Below, piece by piece: positions 38,811 through 51,289 of a stretch of DNA of 64,000 nt (position 1 is its first letter; every line of letters starts with the position of its first letter). The position numbers and the translations under genes are program-made. The stretch spans positions 35,531,300-35,595,299 of the forward strand of contig JARFYF010000112.1 in NCBI GenBank assembly GCA_030265395.1, written 5' to 3'. The notes beneath the pieces are model-generated. The model saw only the letters and a list, made by a program, of their open reading frames with translations, was not told where the DNA came from and searched no databases. Source of the stretch: Rhina ancylostomus. Taxonomy: Eukaryota.

Positions 38811-41714
38811 TANNNNNNNNNNNNNNNNNNNNNNNNNNNNNNNNNNNNNNNNNNNNNNNNNNNNNNNNNNNNNNNNNNNNNNNNNNNNNNNNNNNNNNNN
38901 NNNNNNNNNNNNCCATTGAATAAGCCAGGGCGGTCATCTTATTAGTTCTAGGAGACTGATTTTTGTACAAAAATAGAGAAGAGCTTAAATTATTAATTTT
39001 AACATATCAGACATAGTAGTCACTTGCAAATGTTATGGCTCTGTAGTAGCAAAATATCTTTTTATAAAGATCTGACTTTATAATGGATGGGAAGAGTTAA
39101 GAGCCTCCTACATATATTTAAACTGTCAAGAAATAACGAAAATAGCAATGGGTGGAGGTTTCACTGAGTCATTCAACAAGATCTTAGTTCTGTCAGGATT
39201 GAGTTATCACTTTATAGAAAGAATGAAAATGAGACTAGCATCCAGAGAGAGAGGTTTCAATTCACACCCAGCCAAAAGTGGGTTGCAAGTTTCAGATTGT
39301 TTGAAATAATTCTATAACCCATTTCACACATTTAATTCCATCACTGAAAAATAATGAGCCCTGTAATATAGTATGAGAATCCTGTATGCAGAAGAGAAAG
39401 AACTTGCACTTGTATGGTGCCTTTCATGATTTGGGGTTGGCTTAACCTACTTCACAGCCAATTGAGTACTTGTTTTTGAGGTGTTTTCGGTCCTGTGATG
39501 GCAGCCAGTTTGCAACCAGGAAGCCCTCACTGATAGCACTATCATAAATGACCAGTTCTCTGGTCTGCAAAACAAGTTTGTTGCATGGGTGGTACTTAGC
39601 AATGATTAAGAGAAGTGATAATGACCGTAAATGGATGCAGTTTGTGTTGTTTGAGCCAGAAACTTAAGGAACTTCAAAGTAGGAAGAATATTGACATTCT
39701 AATGACTGTACTAATCATAAAAGACACAAAAGCTAAAGTTGTTAAAAGAGCATGCCTCTAGATATATAGACCCACAGAGGAGACATTTTAATATTTGAAA
39801 GCTAGCTAAGATACAAAGACTAGAAATTGTACCAGTGAAGGCAACCCAGTAGATCTAAATTGTTCAACTAGGCCAATCAGACAAAAACTGCATACAAGCT
39901 TTAGCTTGTGAATTTGAGTCTGCAGGTATTTTGCTAGGAGGCTGGTGAGAGCCCACGTACAGAATGTTGAAGACTGTGTTAATGTAGAAAGGGGTTTGAC
40001 CAAAAGAATGAGTGATTGGGTTTGGAGAGGACAAGGTGATTCGATGAATAGCTACTTATTCAGCTCATTGGTCTTTGTGGAATATTATTGGCTTCCAATA
40101 GCTGTTGTTTACCAGTGAAACTCCTGGGGAGGTGTTTATTCTGTGAAGAAACACTATATAAATGCAAAGATATTCCATAGATGTTAGATGGGATTCTCAA
40201 CTTGCTTTGTGTACCTTTCTAGGTAAATATTGGGAAAGAGGAATATAAAGGGAAGGAAATTATCCCTTAGCTGTCCAAAACCATGGACGATTCTAGAGGA
40301 CTGTGTTCAATTCTGACTACCACCATTCAGGATGATGAGATTTATTGTGCACATTAATCATGATGGTTCCAGGGATGTGATAAATTAGATTTGCATTCCT
40401 GTTGGTTAGAGGATTGATATTGATCTATCAAGGATTTCAAAGGTGTATATACAAAGGAACTACTTCATATGTAGCTGTTATCAAACCCAGATTCTCCAGT
40501 CTGTCTATGTAACTCCAGTCTGTTTATGTAGTTTAAAGTTATAGCTGGACCATCTAGGAGTGAAATCATTGAGCATTTTAAACATTGCAAATTCAGTTAA
40601 AGTGGCATTATATTATCTGTGATCTGACAGAAAAGGTTTGAGGGGATGAATTCCCTTTTGTCCCAAAATGGTCTTTTAGAATTGTTCCATGAAGTTAACG
40701 TTTCCAAATTCAAGTATTTGTTGTAAAACATTACTGTTTCCAACTAGTTAGCACATCCTAGTAAGAAAAGAGCCAATAATTATAGAATTTGGTATCAAAT
40801 TCACTGTACATGTTTCACTGGCTTCAGTATGTGCCTTGGGAAGAAACCTGTAAAGTTTCTGTGGCTAATGTAGATTTCTAAGACTAAACTATTTGTTTAA
40901 AACACATAGTGGGAAAGTACCAGATACTACTATTGTTCAGTAGAAAAATCCACTTTTTTTTGTAGTAAACAACTGGGTTGATCCAGGAAATGGTTTGAAA
41001 GAGGTTGGGGTGTGAAATGCAGGCCATCTTCAAAGGTTTTCCTAGTCTGGTTATTTGAGAGGCTGGAGAACAGGAAAAGGAATTTGAGTTCTCTTATGCT
41101 GTGTTGGTTTACAAATTCAAGCCCATTTTTGCATTGGTGACTAGAAAGTTGTAGTCCTTTGATTCCTTGCCTTGTTGCCAATCGGACCCACTTCTCATAG
41201 CCCGGTGGATGCATGTTCAGCCCCAAGAGGTGAGAAGGACCAGATTTATCATTGCTTCAAAGCAGACTGGTTAAAATGTATCTAAAGTACAGGAGCTCCT
41301 CCTGATGGCTGACCAGTAAAGTCACAGTTCTGCAGATAAGTAATGCTACCACCACCAGACTTTAAAATTGTTTACTTGGGTGTTGTTCTCCTGTTTGGGG
41401 TGATCATGGTATAACTGGTAACCAGAATAAAATTAGGACAATCTCTCCAATGTATTGATTAGCTCCATGGATAATCTACAGTATGTCCCATTTAAGGCCT
41501 TGTGTTTAATTCAGTCTGCCTAGAGCAGTGTTATAAACAAAGAGTGAAAAGATTCAATTATGCATGCATCGCTTTCAAATGTAAATTGTGTTATTGGGTG
41601 GAGATGTTGAGTAGGTGGATTACTGTGGTCTGTAGCCAAGGGTTTAGCACCTTTTCCCTCATGCAGTCCTGGTTTCCTGCTCACAATTGCCTTTCATTTC
41701 TACATGATGAGAGG

Positions 41715-42120
41715 TCATATTATGAAAAGCATAGATGGGTGGATAATCAGAATCTTTTTTCCAAGTTAGAGATTTAAGGTGGGAAGAAGGAATTTTATGC
41801 AGAGTGGTTGATATCTAGAACACACTTCCAGGGCAGGTGGTGGAATCAGATACAATCATTACATTTAAGGGGCATTTTGAGAGGCACTTGAATAGGCATG
41901 GCAATGAAGGATATAGACCTGTTGTGAGCAAATAGGATTAGTGTACGTGGGCAAAAAGGNNNNNNNNNNNNNNNNNNNNNNNNNNNNNNNNNNNNNNNNN
42001 NNNNNNNNNNNNNNNNNNNNNNNNNNNNNNNNNNNNNNNNNNNNNNNNNNNNNNNNNNNGTGGGCAAAAAGGATGGTAAGGATTTGGTGGGTGTTTTTGT
42101 GTGTGAGTCTATGACTTTGA
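41715..42120 (+). mobile_element. CR1-type LINE 3' end
   Basis: cagagtggttgatatctagaacacacttccag; catttaaggggcattttga; tail gagtctatgact. Confidence 0.7.
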
Positions 42121-42832
42121 CTGGCTGACTTTCCCAAATCATAGTTTGATGTTAGGCTGGTGCAGTATTTAACCTAATAACTTGACGTGCATATTATTGA
42201 ATGTCAAGAGAAGTGGGTGAAATGGACAATGGAAGAATGGTGAATCCAATCCCACTCTTTGCCAACCCCTGCAGGAGAAAGGAACATTGTTGGAATACAT
42301 TTTTCCTGAAGGTTGCTGTTCCCTTTCTCATCATGTAGAGAGAGTGAATTCCCCTTTCTCCTGTGTGTTTGACAGCCCCTCCCTCCCCGGGTGCATGAGT
42401 AATGTTTGCGGTTAAGGGGTCATGTTCCCATGGAATCATAGAAAACTGACAATACTGAAGGAGGCCTTCCAGGATTCTGTGGTGATGGAACAAAAAAGCT
42501 CTCTGACCTGTTCCCATCTTCCAGCACCAGGTCCACGGTCCTGCAGGTCACAGTTCTTCAGTTACACATCCAAGTACGACGTCATGTTGGCAGTGAGAAA
42601 TCAGGTGTTCAGGGATTTATCATGATTTTCCTCTTTTGTTCCAAAATAACCTGTGTCAGAGGATATTTAGTGACTTTTTTTAGTGGTTGTGTCTCATTTT
42701 GTTTGGATTACAGTATACAAATGCACATAATGCATGCAGCTGCCTTGATTCATTTCCTCACGACTTGATTTTTTTAAAATGACCTTGTATGATTTTTAAT
42801 GGACCTATTTTCCTTTTTGCTTTGTTTTGCAG

Positions 42833-43126
42833 TATGATGTTCCCATTCAGTCCAGTGTAGTCCTTTGCTCTTGCCCATCTCCATCCATGGTAAGGAATCA
42901 ATCAGACTCCAGCGTGCGACCAACGATCTCTGGTGCCACCATGGACAGCAGTGCAGGCAGTACTGGCCCAGTGATGGGCTCTTTACCACAGCAAGCAGGG
43001 CAACGGCAACAATCTGTGGTGCAGACCCAGCGGCAGCAGGCAACTGGGCACACCCAGCAACCACGGAAAAAGCGGGCTGAAGATTTCAAGTTTGGCAAGA
43101 TTCTTGGCGAGGGATCATTCTCAACA
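42833..43126 (+). CDS. PDPK1: PDPK1 exon 2 (YDVPIQSSVVLCSCPSPSM...KKRAEDFKFGKILGEGSFST), 98 codons, phase 0/0
   Basis: tttgttttgcag acceptor; ACA|gtatgt donor; PDK1 N-terminus and Gly-rich loop. Confidence 0.97.
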
Positions 43127-43529
43127 GTATGTATTTTAAACTTTTATTTGTAAATTGCCTTTTTCTAAAAAAAAAGGCTGAACATTGCACTCTTCATACA
43201 AAGGCTTGTGTGCATTCATTCTCATTCGTACTGAACTTAGTCTTCTCTTGATTGGTCCAAGTTAAGGGGTGTTCCACATCCAATTTCTTATGCTTGGGTG
43301 AATGGGAATAAAAACAATATGGTCTGTACTAGTAATCTGTATGAGTGGAGTAGTGTGTGGCAGATGAACTATACAGGTATGCCTTGTCCAAGTGTTTAGA
43401 TTGGGCCATTTTAAGGTACACAAGACTAACCTCTGAGTCAAGAGATCTTGAATTCAAACGCTGCACCAGGGATTGACATTGATTGTATTCTGACACTTCA
43501 GCTCAGTGCTGAGAGAGAGCCATACTGAC

Positions 43530-44760
43530 ACAGTATCCATTGTCGTAATAAAGAGGAGCTTTTCAGCTCCTTGTGTCATCTTGGCTCTTTGCAGGGCAAT
43601 CCACTTAATCTTGTTCCCTCACTTTCTTCATAACCCTGGAATTTTTTGCCTTCAAATATTTACCCAATTCCTTTTTGAAAGCTGGAATTGAATCTGTGTC
43701 CAGTGTATTTTCAGTCAGTGTATTCCAGGTCATAACCACCCTCTGTGTTTTAACAAACTGATTTGTTCTTCTCATCACCCTTGGATTTTTTTTAACCATG
43801 CACTTCAGTTCCGTGTCCCTTGGATTGTTTGGCTGAAAAGAAGCTTTTTCCTCTACTTGCCCAATCTCACCCATCACAATTTTGCACAGCTCTATCATTT
43901 GTCTCTCAATCTTGTATTCTACAAGGCGAGCAACCCTGCCTTGTTCTCTCCACTTTGTCCTTGTAACTAATATTCCTCATTCCTGGAACCATGTAGTACT
44001 TACTCATTTTCTAAGGCCTGTGGAAGGCTTTCTTATCCTCCCTGAAGTGCGGTACTGTGGTAACCAGATTTAGACACGATATCATTATCAATATTTTACA
44101 GAGCTTCAGTGTGTCCATCTTGTACTCTGATTATGAATTCCAGGGTCACATGTTTCATTAACTCCTTTTTCAATGTGCTAGCACATTCAATGATTTTATG
44201 CACACAAAAACACAAGTCCAGTAACCCTAATCTGTTATGTCAGCTCTTCAAAAAACTATATCTGTCAAAAATAATAAATCTGACAAAAAATATCTTGTAT
44301 TTAACAAATCCATGTTGGCTGTTCTTTAGCATTTCTGACTTCTCTAAGGAACCGATAATTGTTTCATCTCTGAAAACTTTCTTATCACTAATGTTACATT
44401 GATTGCTTTCCTTGCATCGTCTTTTCAATGAACATATAACATATATCATTCTCGAGTCCTCTGACATCGCTCTTGTGTCCAAGGAATATTGGAAGTTTAT
44501 GGCCACCCCTTTGCAATTCCCACCCTCACTTGACTCATCAGCTTGGGATGCATCCCATGCAGACGAGGTGACTTAGCTACTTTATGCAAAGCTAGCCTTT
44601 CTGGTACCTCTTCCACATCCATTTTTACCCCATCGATTATTTTTTGATATATCTATTACAGAGACTTTCTCTGCATTGTTCTCCTTGGTAAATGCAAGTA
44701 CAGAATATCTGTAAGGATTCCAGCCAATCCCTCTGCCTCTATAAGAAAATATTTTTCTTA
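43530..44760 (-). mobile_element. CR1-type LINE, degenerate
   Basis: ORF-track peptides TQRVVMTWNTL..DSIPAFKKELGKYL and KNSQHGFVK. Confidence 0.75.
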
Positions 44761-44764
44761 ACAG

Positions 44765-46045
44765 TTAAGAGATAGAAAGCTGGTGCTCAGAGGGACGTTG
44801 GTTCCTTGTACACATGCAGATTCTACAACCAATTAGGAAGGCAGATGTTGGCATTTATTGAAAGAACGTTTGAGTACAAGAGTAGAGACATCTGGCTCCC
44901 ATTATATAAGGCCCTGGTGAGACAACACCTAGAATATTATGTACAAGCCTGGTGTCCACGTCTTAGAAAAAATATACTTGAGATAGAAGGATTGCAATGA
45001 AAGTTGATCAGATTGATTCTAGGAATGGTGGGTCTATTGTATGAAGTGAGGTTAAGCAGACTATCAAGAGTTTAGAAGAAGGAGAAATGATTTCATTAAA
45101 ACATAGAATATTCTTGCACTGCTTGATGGGGTGGATGTAGGACTGATGATTTTCCTCAGTGAGGTGTCTGGAACTAAGAATTACAATATTTAACAGGGGA
45201 TTCATAAGGTATCTCTATATGCAGGTGACTTGTTACTTTATATTTCTAATTCGGNNNNNNNNNNNNNNNNNNNNNNNNNNNNNNNNNNNNNNNNNNNNNN
45301 NNNNNNNNNNNNNNNNNNNNNNNNNNNNNNNNNNNNNNNNNNNNNNNNNNNNNNAATTTGAGGAAGTTTGGAGTCCATTCATTCAATATTTTCATATTAT
45401 ATAGATCCCTTCTCAATAATCTTTGAACTTAGAGGAACAGAGTTGACGACATAATAATGCTCTTTGTTCATTGAGAAATATCAGTCCAGTTTTTTTTTTC
45501 TTTTGAAATTTTTTTAGTTTGTTTTGATTTATTACTTATAATTTTTTTGATTTGTGTTTTTTTAATACAATAGATCTTTTTCTTTCTATTTTTTTTGTAA
45601 TATACTCGCTTACTAAGAGACCGTGGAGTCTAGAATATATTTTTTTCTTTATGATTATATATGTCATGATTGTCCTCCCAATCTCCTTGTATCATTTGTA
45701 TAATCACTGGTGTTATATGTATTAATCTGTATTAATTTGAAAATTAATAAAAAGATTGAAAAAGGAAGAATTACAATATTTATATAAAGGCTTGTTCACA
45801 TATGACTGAGATAAGAAGAAATCTCTTCATCTAGAGTTGTAAATCTTCAGAATTCCTACCAAATGGAGACATGCTGGCTTGGTGGCTGAGTATGTTCAGC
45901 ACATATCAATAGATATTTCACTTATTTAGGAAATCGAATGATGTGGCATTAGTACAGGAAAGTAGCATTGAGATCAGCCATGTTCTTATTGAAATGCAGA
46001 GCAGGCATGAGGGACTAAATGACTTATCCTCCTAGTTGTGCTTTG
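44765..46045 (+). mobile_element. CR1-type LINE 3' portion (host of the L1 insertion)
   Basis: MLAFIERTFEYKSRDIWLPLYKALVRQHLEYYVQAWCP (ORF 44806-45000); resumes after 45782. Confidence 0.85.
45193..45765 (+). mobile_element. 5'-truncated L1-clade LINE with perfect 17-bp TSD; interior lost in a 100-N gap
   Basis: HKVSLYAGDLLLYISN (L1 RT YADD region), C-terminal FEEVWSPFIQYFHII*, T-rich UTR, AATAAA + A-rich tail; TSD aagaattacaatattta at 45176-45192 and 45766-45782. Confidence 0.85.
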
Positions 46046-46799
46046 TTATTGTACACAAGTTAGCTTTTTGGTCCCTGAGTAGGCCCAGCCTTCCCTTTTT
46101 CTAGGCAGTTAGTATTTATGTGCTTGCAAAAGCTTTGCATTCAACTTTATTTCAGCTTTTTTTATATCTTCCTTTTTCCTCAATTCTTGGCATTCAGACC
46201 AAAATTGATGTCTCCTCCAACAATACCAGAGCAGATTAACCAGGGATTTGTATTTTATTTGGTGGGACCTTGTTGTATTCCTTCCATGCTCATCTGTATC
46301 ATTAACAAGGCTTGAAAAAGAATTTATTAAAAATAGTGTTATTATTGTGTTGAGTGTGATTCTTTCCATAGAAAGCATTTGGTCAGGATTATATAATTCA
46401 TTTTGACCCTTTGGAATTCTGGCTGAAAATTTCAGACTTATCCCTTCTGATATTTTGCATGTTTGCTTCTCTCTGGGGAAGCAGTGAATTTGGGGAAATC
46501 TGCAGCAGTCCAAAAAAAATGAGGCATCTCCTGCAGATGGTAACGCTTGTTCCCCAGGGCACATTTAGATCCAGTGTTTGAAAGAGCCCTTGCAGCAGTT
46601 TGGAAGTGCTGTTAATTGATCAGTCATTGTGGGAACTGGCAGGAGGGCAAAGTACTTTGAATGTGCCTCCTGATGTCATTCAAGCCCAGAGTGTGGAGGC
46701 TCAAGCTAGAAAAGCCATTAGTGCCAGTAAATTCCAACAACACTCCTGCATGTATATGGGATTCATGCAGTCAGATAGAGACTGGAACCTTAGAGGAAG

Positions 46800-47415
46800 T
46801 GGAAAAATAAAACTGTTGATGCTGGAATCTGAAACATCAACTGAAAATGACGGACAAACTGAACAAAGAGAAACTGGTTAACCTTAAAACTGACCCTTAC
46901 AACTGGGGAGAGAACACAAGAAAATAGGAACAGGGTTAGGCCACCAGGTTACTCAAGCCTCCCCATCATTCAGGGTGATATATGCTAGTCTCAACTCCTC
47001 TTGTGCCAGTTCCCCATAACCCTCATTTCTTTGATCTTTCAAATATTTATGTATCTCCACCTTAAATATATCTAAGGATCTAGCCTCCACCACCCTCAGG
47101 GGTAGAGAAATCCCAGTGATTACACACCTCAGTTTTGAATAATGCAACCCTTATTTTGCAGATATACAGTTCATATCCCTTTGATCATGACTCTCTCATT
47201 AATGAAAACATCCTAACATCTATCCTGTCAAGCTCCTTTATGATCTTCGATGTGTGAATAAGGTCATCCGCATTCTCTTAAAGAGAGAATTTTGAAAACT
47301 TCTACTTCCCTGAGTTCTGAGGAAGGGTCCCTGTCCCTAAATGTTAACTGGTTTCTCTTTCCACAAAAGTTGCTTCACTGGCTGAGTTCTTCCAGTATTT
47401 TCTGTTTTTATTCCT
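46800..47415. mobile_element. Palindromic element whose centre is interrupted by a minus-strand CR1 3' end (about 46912-47282)
   Basis: Left arm gatgctggaatctgaaaca...agagaaactggttaac; right arm gttaactggtttctct...gctgagttcttccagtattttctgttttt; gagagaa on both sides of the insert. Confidence 0.7.
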
Positions 47416-49402
47416 TTAGTGGAAGTGAATGCTGTACTGTTGTTGGGGTTTGAATTATTTGGTGTTTTGTTTCGCCTGGTACAAGTGTTCTTATCCTCAA
47501 AAAAAAGTTCTTCACTTTTAAAAAAAGCCTATATTTTTCTCTACACATCCTTCAGGTTATAGGAGTGAACAAAAAACATTTGTAAATATTATGCAATCTC
47601 ATCTTTGCTCCAGTTGAATCAGTGAATATCACTTACACACAATTGGCTTTGGCTCAAAGCCATGCATCATTTTACTTGTTTTACCTTCAGTCTGAAACTT
47701 CAGTAATAGGTCCCTTCCAAAAGAGCAATGTTTGTGAAGTTTTAATCATTCCCTACTGTATATTAGATCCATATGCCTCTGCTGATAAACTTTTGTGTGA
47801 GAATTATTCATAGTACCCTTTATTAATGGAACTGGGCAGCATGATTTCCTGTAATGAGATTTTGCATTGATTCAGTTGGTTACAAAAGGAAGATAGATAG
47901 CTTTTCTTTATTATAAATTAATATAATGCTCCCTGACATACAAACACCTGCCCTTCTGGACAGCTGGGGTGATGTGTTCTTGTATGTGTCGGCCATTTGT
48001 AATTGTGGGTGTGCATGTTGAGGTTTTAATAATAGCAATTTAAAAATAAAACAAACAGATTATGATAGATAAGGGAAGTCTCAGCTGTGCCAGATTGTGT
48101 TCAGCTGAGGACACAATTATGAGTACAGGTAAGTGGCCATATGCTCTGAGGGTGAGTCATTGTTAACGGGCACTAGTTCAGCAACCCTAGACAGCGATGG
48201 CAGGTAACTGACCCAAGGGTAGGTTAGTAATCCTGGATATTTGACAGAGAGTTAGTGGCCCAGAGCACAGAGGACAAGTTAATGATCTTGGGGTTTGAGG
48301 GAACAGGCCAGTGGAGCTGCATCAGCGATGGCAGGCAAGCAGGTTGGGTCAGTAGCACTGGACATTGATACGAAGAACACGTTCCAACTTATGAGTAGGT
48401 TTCAAGAATGTAACTCATTGTGCTAGGAAGTGGCTGTGCCCTGCATCGAGTTTGTCAATGAAATCCTGAGTATCAGGGTTCTCTCTGTCCCTGCTAATTA
48501 AATGTAATAAAATGCACCTAAGGCCTTTTTTTTTATAGGAAAGAATTCAGGTTCTGGCACTGATTATTTTCTTCACATGCTAGTTCAAGTTTTAACTCTG
48601 AGTTTTCAATATTCATTCTTAATCTGTAAGGTTATAAACAGCACAATAGCCCAGTACCTCATCTGTTATGGCCTGGGATATATCTGATGGTTCAACCTCA
48701 GCTCACTGGGGCAGAAGATTCTTACAGAGAAATTCCTCCCTATTTCCCTTATTCTGAGTCTGTGCCCCCTCCACTCCACTCCTCTCCCCTATTCTGGACT
48801 GCCCGCCCTGCCAGGGAAGCATCTTTTCTGCATCTTCCCTGTCAAGCTCCTTTAATATTCCACCACATTCTTCTAAACCCTGGGAATTAGCTGGCCATTA
48901 GCGTCATCATTACATTTGTTTTGACAAATATGACCTTTTTGTTAAGTGTGAAGAGAAAATAATTAACTGGGTGATTATGAATATTGGTTTAATTTAGCTA
49001 TTAAGGAGCCAGTCTGTAATGCTGGAGAAAATAAAACCCATAGTTTAAATTGTGAGTTAGCTATCTTCAGCTCATTTAGATTGCATGCAAGGGACATTTT
49101 GGCAAAGCTCTGACACCTGCACAGCTGATGAGCTTCTCAGAAGTATGCAGGTTTTGTTGTGGTATGATGTACCCAGCTAAAACAGGTGACCACACACAGT
49201 GCTAAAATTGCAAAGTGTAGTGATGATGAGTGATATCAGAAGAGTTTGAGTCCACGAAGAAGTGAGGCTAAATGTTGTGAGGAGGAGCCTTGCCCACAAT
49301 GGTGATGGACACAAACGTAACTTGAGGTTGTGTTGTGGTTGTGTCGCCCAGTGAGGTTTCTGTTCTGTGGTGTAGCTGACTGCTTTCTTTGTTTCTGTGC
49401 AG

Positions 49403-49445
49403 GTTGTGTTGGCCCGTGAACAGACAACTGGTAAAGAATATGCTA
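49403..49445 (+). CDS. PDPK1: PDPK1 exon 3 (VVLAREQTTGKEYA+A), 43 nt
   Basis: ttctgtgcag acceptor; gtaagt donor. Confidence 0.97.
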
Positions 49446-50219
49446 GTAAGTAACAGCTAATTGATTTTCTTTCCAGCTCAGTTAATAGGGTTGGGCTCTT
49501 AATTCCACCATGGCTCACGCTTAATTTTTCTGAGATGACTAGAAACTACTATATTATGATTCCAAATCATGTACTGGCTTTGGAAACTCCCATGGAAGTA
49601 GTTTGGGGTAAGTTCATTATAGTGTGATAGGACTTGGGTTTGGTCGCACTCCTGAGGTCTGGATCCTGGAATGACTCTTTCCTTCCTCTGGCCAAGATCA
49701 CCTACCCACCACAGCACAGCCAAACTGTGGAACAAAAAAATGATGAATGTGGAAAGTGGCCTGTGCCACATTTGCTAGCCTCACAGCAGATTTTTGTGTT
49801 AACGGTGAGACAAATGGTAAGAATGTAAATCTCAAACTTGTTATTCCATTTTGCTTTGTTAGTGACACAGTCTGAGTCAAAAACTACAAGGAAGTATTTA
49901 TAATTTCCTGTTTTTATTGCCAAGTTGATTGGAAACTTGTTCCATTCCCCCACCCCCCCTTTGTGGTTCTGAACCCAAGAGACTACCTTGAATTAGAAGG
50001 TCACAGCTGAGTCAGCCTTTTATCTGACAACTGACCTCAGGGTAACTAGTAATACTTTTTGAACTTTTGACAGTAAGATCAAATCAGTCTAATGTAAGTA
50101 CTAAATGAGCCAATGCTTCTTTTAACTAAGCATGAAGACCCTTTTCCTAGAAACTGTGAAGGCTGAACCTTAGTTTCATGTTTTTATGTTATATCTAACT
50201 AATTTGAGTTAAAGTAACT

Positions 50220-51250
50220 GATGTTAAACTGCATAAAAATATTTTACAGTGTAATAGAGAGGGTCAGTTAGTGAAGTGTGTTTGATATTCTATATGTGGA
50301 CGTATTAAAGGCACTTGATAAGGATGCCATTCAAAGGACATCACGATTGAAAGTCATGAAAAGGGGTAGAATGCTTAGAAAATTGGATGAAAAACAAGAT
50401 GGAGTAAAATATGGTTTGTTTTTACATTGGGGGGGGGGCGTGTACAGTGGAATTCCCCGGTGGTCGATACTAGGACCACGGCTTTTCTGAATAATTATTA
50501 ATGATTTGTACTTGGGGACTTAGTGCACATTTTCTAAATTTCCAGATGACTCAAAACTTCACGATATGGTGAGGACTTCAAGAAGATATATCAAGGCTGG
50601 GGAAAGGGAGGGATAGGTGAAATTCAGTGCTGAGTAATGTGATATTACATTCTGGGGGGAAGGATACGAAGAGATGATATAAACTAGATGGCACACTTCT
50701 GAAAGGGGTGCAAGAAAAGAGATGTCAGAGTATATGCACATTGAAAGTGGAAGGGCAGATTGGGAAAGTGGTTAATAAAAAAAAAAGTATGAATTTTGGA
50801 CTGGTTCCTATCACACTTTAGGAAAGATGTAAAAGTTTTGAAGGGGTTCAGAAAAGATTTTGGGAAATAGAAAGACTGGAGAAATTGAGGTTGTTCTCTT
50901 TGGAAATATGAAGAGATCCGATGGAAGCATTTAAATTCATGAAGGGCACGGGTAGAGTAAATAGAATATCTGCACCCATTGGTAGAGGGCTTGAGAACTG
51001 GGGATATAGAATGAAGGTGACTGGCAAAAGAACAAAGGATGAGCTGGGGAAAATGGTTACGCTCTGGACTGTACTGCCAGGGATGGTCATGGAGGCAAAT
51101 TTAATTGTAATGTTCAGAAGAGAACTAGATAAGTATTTGAGGAGAGAATTTTCAGGGTAGTGGGGGTAGGCAGCTGAGTGGGTCCAGCTGTTCCTGTATT
51201 GATTCAGTAGGCCAAAATAGTCTCCTTCCATGTTCTAACCTCCAGTGATT
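50220..51250 (+). mobile_element. CR1-type LINE RT to 3' end, degenerate
   Basis: DILYVDVLKALDK, SGIPRWSILGPRLF, tctaaatttccagatgac (SKFPDD, from FADD). Confidence 0.85.
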
Positions 51251-51289
51251 AGCTCCAAAATTTGGCTTTGAACCAAGTGTTGGTCCATC

